The notes: generated by a model not told the origin, from the sequence alone. A DNA stretch of 64,000 nucleotides from Selaginella moellendorffii (GCF_000143415.4 NW_003314261.1:2863266-2927265); one strand, 5' to 3'. Shown: positions 11,239 through 24,700, counted from the stretch's first letter. Numbers and translations are program-made.

Positions 11239-12967
11239 ATGGCGAGCGAAGACGACGACGCTCGCAGTGGAGGCGAGCAGAATCGCGCGGCGGAGGAGGA
11301 TGTGGCGGAGGATGGGGCGGAGGAGGAGGAGGAGGAGGAGGCGGCGGATGGATCCAATGCGGTAAGGAAGCGGCGAGTGCTCGAGCGGCTGGCTCACAAG
11401 ATGGAGAAGGAGGATGTGAATGTGCGCGTCCACGACATCCAGATCAAGGGGAACAAGCGCACCAAGGACTGGGTGATCGAGTCGGTCCTGGGCAAGATGA
11501 AGGAGGCGACGACGCTCCAGGATATTTTGCTGGAGGCCGCCAAGGCCAGCGTCCAGATGGAGCGCATGGATGTGTTTGAGAGGTGGGTCATCAATTTCGA
11601 TGTCGGGCCGCCGGAGCTGCCAGGAACGACGAATGTGATCGTCGAGGTCGTGGAGCCCGAGAGGCCTTACTCGTGCAATGTGGGGATGTTTTCCAGGCCA
11701 GAAGTAAGTTCTCTGGGTCTCTCGAGCTTTTATTTTCTAGTTTTCATGTTTCTCATGGAAACTGTACTGCAGTCTCGAAAATGGTCGCTGGAGGGAACCT
11801 TGAAGTGGAAGAACTTGCTGGGTTATGGAGAAACTTGGGATGGAACTGGCTGCTACGGCTGGGACTCCACAGCTGAGAACAGTGTGGGAGTGAATTTCCC
11901 CAGGTTTAGAACTTGGCCTGCTGGTTTCTTCACTCGGGTCTCGTTACTCTCCCAGGACTGGCACAAGTACTCGTCTTACAAAGAAAGGCTGCTAGGGGTC
12001 TCGACTGGCTTGATCCACGACAACAATCACGAGCTCAGCTACAACTTGACGTGGAGAAACCTTGCCGATCCGTCTCATAGAGCGTCCAAGACTGTTCGCG
12101 GCCAACTTGGTCACTCTTTGCTCTCGGCTGTGAAGTATAGCTACAGGTTGGACACCCGGGATTCGTCTGTGAGACCAACTGAAGGATTCGCATTTTCCAC
12201 TTCCTCCCAGATCGCTGGCTTGGGACCCGACGCCAGGCTCTCGCGGTTCTTCAGGCAGGTACTTGAAAGTCACGATGTTTTCTCTGCCTTTTATCTTTAC
12301 TGATGTCTTCTTTTCTTGCATTACAGGAGCTAGATTTCCGTTTCGCTGTTCCTCTAGGCGTGTTCAACGCAGCCTTGAATCTCGGTGCCTCGGCTGGGCT
12401 GATCGTTCCCTGGGGGAAGGATTTCCTGAGCAAGTCGACGCCTCTGAGCGACCGGTTTTACATGGGAGGACCGAGCTGTCTCGTGAGCGAGCTCCGGGGC
12501 CCGTTCAGCCTGGTCGGCTTTCGAACGCGTGGAGTCGGTCCCAGGGAACTCAGGCGGCTTGTCAAGTCCGGCAACGAAGAGGAGATCGGGAAGAGGGACA
12601 CCTTGGGTGGAGACTTCGCCATCAACGGCTTCGCGGACCTCTCCTTCGATCTGCCGCTCAAGTTTCTCAAAGAGCACGACATCCACGCTCACGTCTTTGC
12701 GTGCTCGGGCAACATCTTGAGCCTAGCGGACAGGAAGAACATGACGGCGCAGAAGTTCTTCTCGGGGTTCCGGTCCTCGGTGGGCGCGGGCTTGGTCATC
12801 CCGACGAGAATGTTTCGTCTAGAGGTCTGTTTGATCTTTGGTTTCTCTTTGTTTCTCCTAAAGTTTGTGTTTTGCTGGTTTGGAAGATAAACTACTGCCG
12901 AGTTCTCAAGTACCAGGAAAACGATCGCGTCAGGAAAGGATTCCAGTTGTGCTTCTCGCCTCCGTGA
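11239..12967 (+). CDS. SAM50: Sam50/Omp85-family mitochondrial outer-membrane beta-barrel assembly protein (3 introns)
   Basis: POTRA-like IQIKGNKRTKDWVI, barrel motifs KWKNLLGYGE, DRFYMGG..GFRTRGVGP, LGGD, RSSVGAGL, and C-terminal GFQLCFSPP. Confidence 0.92.
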
Positions 12968-13279
12968 AAGAGACGGGACGTTTTTGACTCGATTCTATGA
13001 AGAAATTTGTCCGAATAAATGGATTTTTGAGTAGTCTAATGTTAGAATTTAGTATATTCTTAGCTTGTGCCTTGACCGGCCCGGTCCACCCGCTAGTCAA
13101 CTACGAGCCTTCGTGGCGCTGACGTGGGTTAACAGCGGCCTCCAACTTGAGGTTGTGGTGGCTGCCTCGTGGAAAAATGAGGGCGTAGGGTTTTATTTCC
13201 AGCATTTCGACTGGGTATGGTGTCTCGCAGGGATTGAGCGATCGATCGACGACGGTGCAATCGATACGATTGCGGGGCG

Positions 13280-16200
13280 ATGCTGCTCCAGTCCGGAGGC
13301 GCCATTCCCAGGCGGCTGTCGTCCGGCTTCTGCGATGATGATTCTAATCGGCAGCGATCTCGTCGCTGCCTCTGTGTTAGAGCGGTAGCTACCTCGGATC
13401 CTCCGGCTTCCGAGGCGAAATCTTCTCGTAGGAATGTCAATGGGAGCGCAAGGATTAATGGCAGTGCTGGCCGAAGCATGGTACGTTTTGTTTTGATTTT
13501 TGTCGCTAGATTGGTTTTCTCATGGCGCGCATGGCAGCGAGTGGGAGATATGGCGGAGGAAGTGAAGAAGATGAGAGCTCAGCTCGAAGAAGACGAGCAA
13601 GTCGCTTCATTCATGCGTGGGCTTCGAGGACAGAATCTCTCGGACGAGCTCTTCGCGTCATCGACCGTAAAGCTTCGCCTTGTCGAGGTAAGAAATATGT
13701 TTCGTCGAGCCAAAATGAAGAGCCATATTTTGCAATGTTTCCAGGTTGACAGAGAAGGAGACAAGGAAGCACTGCCCCTGGTTTATAGCCCCCAAGCGAT
13801 ATCTGCGTACTGGGGAAAGCGCCCTGCCGCTGTTTTCACTCGCATTTTCCAGTTGCTTGGTGTTGCTGGCGGATTTCTTTCTCACCTCGCTGGAGACATC
13901 GTTTCGAAGAAGCTGAAAGAGGTAACGATACTTATTTTGTTGTTTCCCTGAGTGAAGGCACTTTACTTGCAGAATGAAGTCGCGCGAGCTATCGAGCTGA
14001 GGGAAATTGTAACATCGCTTGGACCTGCCTATATCAAGCTTGGACAAGCTCTCAGCATTCGTCCTGATATATTGTCTCCTGCCGCCATGACTGAGCTACA
14101 GAAGCTTTGTGACAAAGTACGTTGGATTGAACTTGGAACTGATTTGCACTTCATTGTGACTATAGCCTTCTTAAATGTTTTCTAGGTGCCGTCATTTCCG
14201 AACGATATTGCAATGGATCTTATTGAGAAAGAATTGGGCCAGCCATGGACCGAACTGTATTCGGAGCTTTCTCCATCTCCTATTGCTGCCGGTATGAAGA
14301 ACTAGAAATTTGCTTCTATACTTCTCTTTAAGTTGATCTTTGCAGCATCTCTGGGGCAAGTTTATAAGGGTCGGCTTAAGGAGACGGGAGAACCTGTGGC
14401 TGTAAAAGTTCAAAGGCCTTACGTACTTGAGACTGTAACTATTGACTTGTACATCATCAGAAAACTTGGGCTCGCTCTTCGAAAATTTCCACAGGCAAGT
14501 TTTACCTTCGATGTAATTTTCTTGCCATAATTGTGTTGCGCTTGTAGTACAGATAGCTACAGATGTTGTTGGTCTTGTGGATGAATGGGCTGCACGGTTT
14601 TTCGAAGAGCTTGATTATGTCAATGAAGGTCGGAATGGAACTAGGTTTGCAGAAATGATGCGGCAAGACCTTCCTCAGGTTTGAGCTTTTGAATGATTCA
14701 ATTGATCACCATCTTTGCTGCAGGTAGTTGTCCCAAAAACTTACGCCAAGTATACATCAAGAAGAGTATTAACAACCGGATGGATTGATGGAGAGAAACT
14801 TTCTCAAAGTACAGCTGATGATGTCGGAGAACTTGTAAATGTAGGTGTAATTTGCTATCTAAAACAGGTACGTGCTTATATATTCCATTGTTTCGGCTTC
14901 CGATTGTTTTCTCATTGAATATTTGACTGTGAAGTTGCTAGATACAGGTTTATTCCACGCTGACCCACATCCTGGGAATCTAATACGCACTCTTGATGGG
15001 AAGTTGGCCATACTTGATTTTGGTAGGTTCCTTGTATGCGTTAGGATTGAAAATGTTAGTAACTGTTTCGCATGCAGGTCTGATGACACAAATAACAGAT
15101 GACCAAAAATACGGAATGATTGAAGCGATATCGCATCTTATTCATCGTGACTACGAGGCTATTGTCAAGGATTTTGTGAAGCTAGATTTCATTCCCGAAG
15201 GAGTGAATCTAAATCCGATTATGCCTGTTTTGGCGAAAGTGTTTGATCAAGCTCTAGAAGGCGGTGGTGCCAAGAACATCAACTTTCAGGAACTTGCCTC
15301 CGATCTGGCTCAAATCACATTTGATTATCCTTTCCGGATTCCTCCATATTTTGCTCTTATAATTCGAGCTATTGGAGTTCTGGAAGGCATTGCATTAGTA
15401 GGCAACCCGGACTTCGCAATAGTAGACGAAGCGTATCCTTACATCGCACAGGTATGTATGTTTTATTTTCTAAACCATTGCCACTCAATTTTCTTTTCTG
15501 TTACGCAGAGGCTTCTTACAGATGATTCTCCAAGATTAAGAGAAGCTCTTCGGTATACCCTCTACGGGAAAACCGGTGTTTTCGACGTGGACAGATTCAT
15601 CGATGTTATGGAAGCGTTTGAGTCATTTACTGTGGCTGCTAAAAGTGGAGGCGGTGAAGCACTCGGTGGGGATATGGCATCCCTTGGTTCGTTACCGAGT
15701 ACTTCAAGAGACATTATCTTGCGAACGACTAGTAAGGATCTTCCGTCCGGACAAATGCACGCTAGGGTGGCGCTGGGATTTATGGTCTCCGAGCGTGGAG
15801 AATTCTTTCGCGAATTTATACTAGACGAGGTATGAATTTACTCAGTATCATCTCTAGTTCCGCAATCCAAAACTTCTGGCTGCAGGTTGTGAAAGGACTG
15901 GATGCACTGTCTAGGGAGCAAGTTGCTCGTGCGTTGCCATTACTGGGCCTGAACAGAATCGATACCATTTTAAGGTCTATGCCTGTCGTTGGCGTTTTTG
16001 CCAGTGCTTTGCCTTTCATGCCTCATCGGCTACTCCCCACCATTACAGCCATCACAGAAGAAGACGAGCTTGTATTGAACAACGTATATAAAATCATCTC
16101 CTTTTTTGTAGAAGGAACTCCATCGTTCAGAACAATCGATCGGGTATGTTGTGACTTGTTTCTGTGATAATGACCCCATTTGTTTCCATCAAACGCAGGA

Positions 16201-16339
16201 AAATGGATTGGAAGTGCTCAGATTACTAAGAGAACTCCAACCCATTCTTCCAAACATTTCATCGAAGCTGGTTCCAGAGATAGTGAGCCGTTTCGCATCG
16301 CGTGTTGTTGCCAGAGTCCTGCGGGAAGTTTTCTTGTGA
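13280..16339 (+). CDS. Plastid ABC1/UbiB atypical kinase, ABC1K6-like (multi-exon)
   Basis: [73 protein letters not shown] motifs and a transit-peptide-like N-terminus. Confidence 0.93.
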
Positions 16340-16794
16340 AGCACGTCAAATAGTTTGGATGACTGGCGAAAGACAAAGTCACGGCAAAGGTACAATCTCT
16401 CAAGTTGTAAGTTGCAAGTCAATTGAAATCAAAACTCTGTTTGACACGGGGCTCTGAATTTGTGCGTCTGTTCTTCTCACTTCCGTGTGCTTTGTCTCCT
16501 CTAGATGCACAGAGCATGCCAGAGCGATGCAATGAAGAATCTCGCTCTATGTTAATTGTACGCAATCTCAGGCCAGTTCTAGCAATCTGCTTTATACTTT
16601 TTTAATTTTTCCTTCTTTGATTGTAGCAGTGGGAACCCCTGGAAAAGGGCTTCACAGGCCTGACGTGTTATATTTCGACTGTCACAGGGCCCTGTACAAA
16701 TAAATGTAGCTGCCAAAACTTTGGTCTTATGGGGAGCGAAATGTGGATAACTACTTGAAAACTGTTGGTACTTTCTGTCATTTACTCCGCTTTG

Positions 16795-18761
16795 TCAAGA
16801 GACTAACTTGGTGGTTTCCTGCTCGTAGGTAACTGCAAATGGGTTCTCTGGGAAACTTGCAGCTCTGGAAACTCAAAATTAAACTTGCATCAATAAGATT
16901 AGAGCAATACCTCGAGTAAGTATTGCGACTGCTATGGCTAGTTTTTCTGTGTGTGTCGTCATCTCCTAAGATGTATCCTAAGTTGATGTTCGTTTCCTTT
17001 AGTAACACGTCGGTGGCACCTGAAAGACTCCACAGTAAGTCGGATTTCCGTGAAAGAATATCTCACGCTTACCATCTTGTGGTTTATCTACAGCTTGGAG
17101 TCGAAACTCTACTAGTTTCTGTTGGAGGTAATTCTCTCGCTGCTGCTGCTGCTGCATGCTTTCTTCGGGCAGTTTAGAAGCTGGGAAAATCACACCGCGT
17201 GTAAACACGGGAACGTAGCAAAATACCATGCAAAGTTACCAAGGTCGGTGTTGTTTCTCGCATTCCTGGATTGTTGATCAGCATTTTTCCTAGACAGACA
17301 AACATATTGTGCCAAACATACAAAAAGTCTCCATGTGATCCGAGCTTACTTGTCGGTGTATTTTACTTTGTCACGGTAAGGCTTGACCAGAACACGAGCT
17401 CCGCAAACATAGTGGGGATTGCCTTCGGCCAGAATGGTCTTGACAGTTTCTCCATGGATGAAGGTTACGAATCCAAACATACGCTTCTGCTGATAAGGGA
17501 TTCGTACGTCCTGAACAGGACCATAAGCGCTGGCAAGCAAGCAACAAGGCAGCTACATGAGAGGTATTATCTTTTGATATGTTTTTAACTTCTTTACCTG
17601 AAGTGCGCGTTCACATCCTCTTCAGTGAAAGCGCTCTCAGCAGGGAACGTCAAATATATCTGACGAGAGCTGGGACTTACGATGCCATTATGATCATAAT
17701 TATCTCCACGATGAGCCGCAACCGCAAGCCTGGAACTTTCTTCAACCAGGACGACTGCCTGCTGTCCATTGGGCCTGAGAAGCGAACTACTTGTCAGACG
17801 CATGCAAGACGGACTCGAACGAAGATCGATCGGCTTACTGATCGATGACGAGAGTGTTCTTCATATGGCAAAGCAGGCTGGTTAAACCGGATCCTTGTAC
17901 GGCCTCGGGAGTCGCCAGGAACCCGTCAACGTGGAGAGCGCTCCCGAATTCCTCGAAGTACATCTGCGGAAGCAACGAGATTGGCACCGGTGACTTTCTG
18001 GCACGGAGCAGCTCTTGAATCTCCAATTCCAGCCTCTCCAGAGCCGACTCTGTCCCGTGCTCCTCGATTCCCAGCGAGTTCGGAGTGTGGAGAAATCTAC
18101 ACCCGCTGCCGTGCTTGCAGTGGCCCCGGGAGTAGTAGACGCAAGGCTTCCACGCGTGGCTACTGTTATTGCTACTGCTGCTGCTGCTGTTTGGAGATTC
18201 GTGCTCCGAGAGACTCAGCATCAGATCGTGTTCGTCTGACTTTTGCTGCTGCTGCTTCTGCTGCTTCAATCTGTTCCTGTTGAGGAACGCGAAAGTTTCC
18301 GGGTAGAAATGATCGTTTGGGAAAACTCCGGCACCAAAGAGAGGCTGGTGCTGGTATATATCTTGCATTGAAGGCCGATTCATTAACTCCGCTTGTTGTT
18401 GCAGTTGCTTCTGGAACGGGACATGGGAATTGACGAGGGGAGGATGGTACACGTCTCTGAGATGGTAAGTGGATTGAAGCTGGTGATCGAATGCGGTACT
18501 AAAGTGGAAAGGTGGATGCTCAGGCCTGGAGAATGGAGCAGGATGATCGAAATGAGCATTAGGACTGGGAGAGAGGCCAAGTTCCTGCTTTGCTTTGTCC
18601 ACCACGGAGAAGAGGAGGGCATCCGAGCCGAGGGCCATCCGGAGCATATCTTGCTCTGCCTCGTCTTGCAGAAGCAGATATCCAATGATCTTTGAGACGT
18701 ACCTGGGATCCAGAGCCTGCACTCTTGCGTACAGCATTCTCGTGAGCTCGTAAGGATCCAT
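16795..18761 (-). CDS. CCCH zinc-finger / OST-HTH / RRM RNA-binding protein (C3H46-like family)
   Basis: N-terminal [23 protein letters not shown] finger [22 protein letters not shown] ([30 protein letters not shown]) and terminal FPENPFA motif. Stop at 16795-16797. Confidence 0.9.
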
Positions 18762-19410
18762 ATGATTTTTTCTACAGAATGAATGGAGCCGAGGTGAGCA
18801 CCGAGGAGAGGAGCAGCAGCAGTAGCAGCAGCAGCTGCACAGAATGCTACTGGTAACATACCTCGTGTGTGGTTTTTTTTTCTTCGGATGTACTAATCCT
18901 GCGATAAGTGATTCGTGCAGTTCATCGGCTCCCTCAAGCTGCTGCTTCAAAAATGGGGAAGGGGGAGGGGACCCTCGTTCTCCACTGTTCAACCAATCAC
19001 TCTCCCGAGACCTGCTGACAAATTCGAATTATTGGACTATAGCTCGGATGGGCTCTTCAGCAGATCCCTTGCAAAGAAAAGGCAAAAAACAAGGCTGCAG
19101 TTCAATACTACACGGATTCTACTGTTTTAGTGAGCGAGACTTTTGAAGCATCAGCAAGGAAAGCTTTTTCCTCTAGCCAGAGAAAGCAGGTCGCGCAAGC
19201 CGAGAAAGGGATCCTTCAGACAGGGCGTCAGTTTTATATTCATATCGGTCACAAGGAGGAGAAAAGGAAGCAAGCGCTGCTCTGCAAAGATTGAGAGGAA
19301 CCGAGGACAAAGTTTTCCTGGTAAGGTTTAAAGCCCAGAAAAGAAAAAAAGAAGATACTAAAGCTTCGTTTTCTTCGCAGATTAATGCGAAGAAGAAAGG
19401 CCGAGGAGAA

Positions 19411-19570
19411 TAATGATATGTTACAATCTCAGTGACTAAAGGCTTTGGTTTGTTACGCAGGATGAAATCTCGCTGCACAGTAAAGTACGCAAAAGGGTAA
19501 TGATATGTTACAGCTCGGTGACTCAAGCTTGGGTCGATGAAATCTCGCTGCAAAGTACACTACGCAAAAG
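19411..19570. repeat. Imperfect tandem duplication (~87/73 bp) in a divergent promoter region
   Basis: TAATGATATGTTACA..GTGACT..GATGAAATCTCGCTGCA..TACGCAAAAG occurs at 19411 and again at 19498. Confidence 0.85.
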
Positions 19571-20453
19571 TTTTTCAAAGGGTGGCAAAGATCTTCCAGC
19601 GTCTTGTATATCCATACCACTCTTCGCTCGTTGCTCGTAGCACCTACTCATTCACTCTCTGCAGGCGGTAAGTAGCTCTGCTCCTGTTGCTGTGTGCTGC
19701 TGCTTCAGCTCGCTTTTGATTTTTCCAGAGATTTTTCATTGTCAACCAATCTCTCGCTTGGTTTTTCTTTTGTTTTGCTTTCTCTGCTGCCTGCTGTTTC
19801 CTCTTTTTTGTTACAAACTTACGTCGCTCGCTTGGCTTGCAGGCAGTGATTGATGGTGTTGCATCAGCACCACCCGCTGTACGTAAGCTTCCGCTCTCGA
19901 TTTCTTTTTCCTGCTACTGCTCCTGCCTTTGGACCGTGCAATGCATCGGACTTACGACGCTGGCCCCAGAAACAAAACCGTCTCCTTTTCTTCCTGTTTT
20001 TTTTTTCTCTCTTCTTCCTCTTCCTGGTCCCAGTGAACGTGCTGTAGGCAGGCGGGATTTTGTTTTTGTCGCAGTGGCCAGGCTCTGGTGATTGAGGGAG
20101 AGTTTACTTCCATATCCTCGGTAAGAAATCTCTAGTTTTCTTTTGTTTTTCTTTAGTTTTTTTGGCTCTTTGTTTGTTCTGTAGCATAGGAGTATGCGTT
20201 ATAAATTCCGAGAGCAGTCTTGCTCTGTGAGACACTGACGGTGACGTTGCTTGGATCTGCAGGAACAGCGCTGCGAAAAAATTAGCTTTGCAAAAACGAA
20301 ACCATTGACTCCCAACAGTGATCGTGGTATGGTTTTTCTATTGTCTTCATGTTCTCTCAATGCTAATGTTTTCTATTGTCTTCACGTAGAAAAATCTATA
20401 CACGTGGGGCAAAGCTCGCCTTCCACTTGGCATTTCTTATCACAGCGCGTTTC

Positions 20454-21134
20454 ATGGCGGCGAAGAACGAGCAGGAAAAAGCCCGGCCTTCTTCCACCCC
20501 GATCAGGTCCGTGTTACTCTACGCTTGCTACCTCGCCGCCATCTTCTACGCCAGCGATGGATTCATCCCCATCCCAGAGCTCCAGTTCGCGGCATTCGCG
20601 TCCTTCTACCTCTTCGCCCTCGCCAAGCTCGCGTTCCCTCCAGTCACAGCGACCCGGCCGCCGCAAGCTTACACCGGATTCAAGCTCAAGATCCTCAGGT
20701 ACTACGTCTCGGTGGCAGCCGTCATTGGCCTTGTTCTTCCTCTCGCCCTCCTGCTAGTCGGACTCTACCGCGGTGACCGGCAGCTCTTTCGATCGGTAGT
20801 GCCTCACACCGCGCTGCTCGTCTTCCAGATCATGTCCGAGAGGGTTGCCGGGAGCTCCGACGCGGTCTCCTTCCCCATTCGAGCGTTCGTTCCCATCGCG
20901 TATAACGCGAGGAGGTTGTTTACCATCTGGAGCTGGATGGACGTCGAGTTTGCGAGGCCCGGTGGCGGCGGCGGCTGGGAGCGCTTTGCAAAGTTTGTAG
21001 CGGTTGCCAACATGGTGTTCTGGAGCTTCAACCTCTTTTGTTTCCTGCTTCCCTTGTTCCTGCCCCTGGCAATGCGGAGTTACTACGAGCACGCGATACG
21101 GAAAGAAAAACTAGAGACGCAGAGAATCGACTAA
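20454..21134 (+). CDS. Conserved plant multi-pass membrane protein of unknown function (At1g27990/At5g52420-like)
   Basis: Uninterrupted 226-aa GC-rich ORF with about 6 hydrophobic helices. Motifs YVSVAAVIGLVLPL, PH..LL.FQI, S.PIRAFVP..YN.RR and WSFNLF.FL.P.FLP recalled from this family. Confidence 0.82.
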   Translation: MAAKNEQEKARPSSTPIRSVLLYACYLAAIFYASDGFIPIPELQFAAFASFYLFALAKLAFPPVTATRPPQAYTGFKLKILRYYVSVAAVIGLVLPLALLLVGLYRGDRQLFRSVVPHTALLVFQIMSERVAGSSDAVSFPIRAFVPIAYNARRLFTIWSWMDVEFARPGGGGGWERFAKFVAVANMVFWSFNLFCFLLPLFLPLAMRSYYEHAIRKEKLETQRID

Positions 21135-21271
21135 AACTAGATTGAACAAATTTACAGCAAACCCTCCGGGATTTATTCTCAACTGGCAGGGAAGAATAAA
21201 GAAAAAATTCTCCGTGAGACGAGATCGAGAGAATAAAAGCTTGAGTGTACCTCGTATGAAAGTTGTTTCAA

Positions 21272-21697
21272 TCAAGAGAGGTCGTGGAGGTCTCGAGGAT
21301 TGGCCGTGGTCTCTCTTTCTTGCTTTCTCGTTGCCGCTATGTCGGCCATCTCCTTCGCAATCTTCTCCAAGCGTGCTCTGTCCTTGGCAGCGGCCTCACA
21401 TTCGTCTTTGTCCCTCCAAACGGGAGCGGCAGGAGACGAAGCTCTCCTGGGGGACGGCACCGAGCCCGACGCTATCCCGGCGATGGTCTCTCCTGCTTTG
21501 GCTCGAGCCGCAGCGACGCCCCTCTCCTCCTCTGCCTTGTCTGCTCGTCTCATCCTCTCTACGTGGTTCCGCTCCACTGCAGCTGCGGCCTCGGCTCCGG
21601 CAGCCTCGACTTGGACTCCGCTCACTTCTCCGCTGTCCGACTCCAACGACGTTGTCCAGTCCGCATGCTCGCCGCTTGTGGCCTTTTCATCCGCCAT
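21272..21697 (-). CDS. Small hydrophilic Ala/Glu/Arg-rich protein (LEA-like?)
   Basis: 141-aa single-exon ORF in good Kozak context (GACCTATGG), charged low-complexity composition, convergent with the membrane-protein gene. Confidence 0.55.
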   Translation of the reverse strand: MADEKATSGEHADWTTSLESDSGEVSGVQVEAAGAEAAAAVERNHVERMRRADKAEEERGVAAARAKAGETIAGIASGSVPSPRRASSPAAPVWRDKDECEAAAKDRARLEKIAKEMADIAATRKQERETTANPRDLHDLS

Positions 21698-21782
21698 AGG
21701 TCGTTAGGGCTTGAATGTCAGCTGAATGTGGCTGTCCACGTCGGCGCCTAGCCAGGGAAGACCAAGCTGTGCAGGTCTTTCG

Positions 21783-24700
21783 CTATCTCCTTGGCGGGGG
21801 CGGTGTAGCCTTCAAAGTCGCAAAATTCACACTGCAAGCTTTCTCAGTCGAAAAATGATCTGAAAGGAAGCAACTTACATCTTCCCCGCTTTTCAGCTCA
21901 ATGACCACGCCGCTGGGTCTCAAGCCTCGTCTGCTGGCATGGATTTTGGAGATGCTGGTATGGTCCATTTGTATTACCTGCGCGCGCCATGAGAGAGCTA
22001 TTAGACCTCACAGACTGAAGCTCTTACCTTCTGCTTGTCATCTTGCGTAAACAAGATATAAGCCGTTGTTACTAGCAAGGTTCCACTGTATTTGTGAAGC
22101 ATTCCTTGCCGCCAGCATTTAAAGACTGCTCACGTTCAAATTAATTTAGCAGCTGTTCATGAAAACCTTGCACTCACGCACCTTTGACAGCACTGTTACT
22201 AGACTTGAGTGGAGCGTGTCTCCCCTTCTCGGACCAAATGGGCGACATGCACTTCTCCAAATGTGACCCTGTGCCAACGACCTGTGTATGATTCAGCTTA
22301 GTTCGAGTAACTTGTACTCAAGTCGAAAGCTCACCTGATCAAAGATTGTTTTGCAAACTGCATCGCGATCGGACAGCTTGCTGAACTCTAGAGGGCGTTG
22401 ATGGAAAGGTATTAGCACGATTGATCGTTTGCCTGAGAGCTCAATGCGCATCATGCGATCAATTGGGACCACGTACAGGTTTCGGCTATCGGCAAGAGTC
22501 ATCTTCGTATCGGCAAAGCAAATGTGTTTTGGTGTAACGTATAGTGTGCCACGCACTTTTTGAGGATTTCTGCAAACGGAGGGAAGTTATTAAAAACAAT
22601 ATTCCAAAAATCATAAGCGCCTTTACCTGCAAGAATACGACGCCACCAGCTCTTCTTCTTTTGGAAGACCGAACATGAACTGAGAAAAGGCCAAACCGTG
22701 AGGAACGACACCAGCGAAAAGCAAATTTACCTGCATCATTCGTTTGTTTGCAATGAAGTTCTGTTGCTCGACTATCTCATGGGCTTCATCATCAGTCCTC
22801 TGCTTCAACAGCCATAAATAGTCGAGAATGTGGAGCGTGCCACTGTTCCCGTCAACTTCAGGTTGTTGATTTCCTTCCTGAGTATTAAACTGGTCCCAAG
22901 CTCTCCAGTAAAGAGAACACAAGTCACGAGTGTCAAGATCCCAGCAAGCCAGGATCTGACGTAGACGGGCAGTTATAGTATCCATTTGTCCACTGTCCAG
23001 ACCTTGACCATCACCATAAAAGTAGTCATAAAAAAACGAAAGGCTCTCTTCAAGGAGCCTCCTTTGCTTCGGGGTCATCGGATTCGGATCCTCGTCCCTA
23101 TTCAGCGCAAACTCCTCCAGACAGAAAACTAAAGCTTTACATATCTCCTGCATAGAAGAAGATTCAGGTACAACAACCCTCTTCTTTACAATACGTACCG
23201 TGATTAGTTTTTGGAAAACGACTGGATGCGAAGAGTCATTCATGACCATGAGGTGCTGATCTAGATGCCCGGTTAACGGTTGCAGGTTCTGATCAAGTGT
23301 TTCACCATCACTAATTGCTGCCTCATCGAAGATGAGATGCAAATCGCGTCCAATTCTAACCTGCAGCTGAGTGTTCAGAAATTGAAAGCATTGTAAGAAA
23401 AGAAAAACCTGTAGAAGTTCGACAACGGAGCCGACGACGTTGTCAATTGTTTGCTCAGTGAACCGCTGTATTTCCTCAAACTTGGGATTGAGACCATCTT
23501 TCACACTTCCGTGCCTTTCCAAAATCTTGAACAAGCTCAGATTGTTCGCATCTGCATCTCTGTCCAGTTCAGATGATAGCAATGATTAGTATAAAAATAA
23601 AAACGCAAGACGCGTCCTTGCATTACGTTTCCAAGGGTTCGCGTCCATTACTATTTCGCTGTGTTTCCATCAGCCTCCGTTCCAAGTCCTGGTGTTGTTC
23701 CATGACAGCATTCATGTTGTTCAACTGGTCCATTACCATCGTATTCAGTTTTCAGTTATACAAAATAAAAATTATTACCTCACGCAAAGTGCCTTCGAAA
23801 TACTTAGCTCGGAAGATGATATGCCCTCTGCGGTGGTTTCTTCAGGAAGATCCCGCAAGCACAACTTCTCTAAAAGCTCAACGTATGTTCTGACGGCTGT
23901 ACAGATCGCGTCTTCAACATTTTTAAAGTAAAAATTGCCAAACGGAAGTGTTGCAAGCCTTGTCATCATTTCGTCCATAACTTCACCAAGCATAAAATAT
24001 AAATCTAAAAAAGAAAAAGAAAGTTATTTTCTGTAAGAGAAGTTCTGTTATACTTCTTACCTACAACGGAGAAAGAAAATAAGGCACCCGACTGAGCTGA
24101 AAGAGGCTCCCACTTTTCTGCAGTGATACTGGAGCTCACCCAGCTAAAAAGAAAAGCATGACTTAAAAATCTTCTGTATACATAGTACTTACTCAACCAT
24201 TCTTGTTCTCGCGGTGCTAATTAGTTGATTGATGTAGTCTCCAAATATCCCATGGAGATCCAGAAGCTCGCATTTTTCACCGGCCAATTCAATGTCCTTA
24301 TGAAAAGACAGCATTTCCATTATCAAACTCTGTAAGAAAGAAAGTTAGATCTAGAAACAATTTTGCAAGCTATACCTCACAATCTTTAGTAAACATCTTC
24401 ACTTGTGCCACCCGGATACAGTTTATTACGTACGCGGACACCTGCAGAGCAAAATTAAATACAACGTTTGAATAGCCATGCCGCTTTACCAATTTGTAAT
24501 AGACAGGAACAGCTACAGCAGTCAAAGATACTGCCTCAGGAAATGTATCTTTGAAAGAAGTTCTTAACTCCGTTACGTCCCCATGCACCAGTTTTATGAC
24601 ATTTGACAAATGCTGAAGAGAAATCTCTGTAGGTTGTTGAGTGGAAGAAATGCCGCCAAAGAGGTGGTGATAAAATCTTTTCTCGCATGAGTTCTAATAG

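Noticed and set aside
18762-18992. N-terminal extension of the CCCH ORF in the ORF track
   Set aside because: Starts at a non-ATG codon and reads through a probable 5' UTR intron and CAG microsatellite; the family start is MDPYE at 18761.
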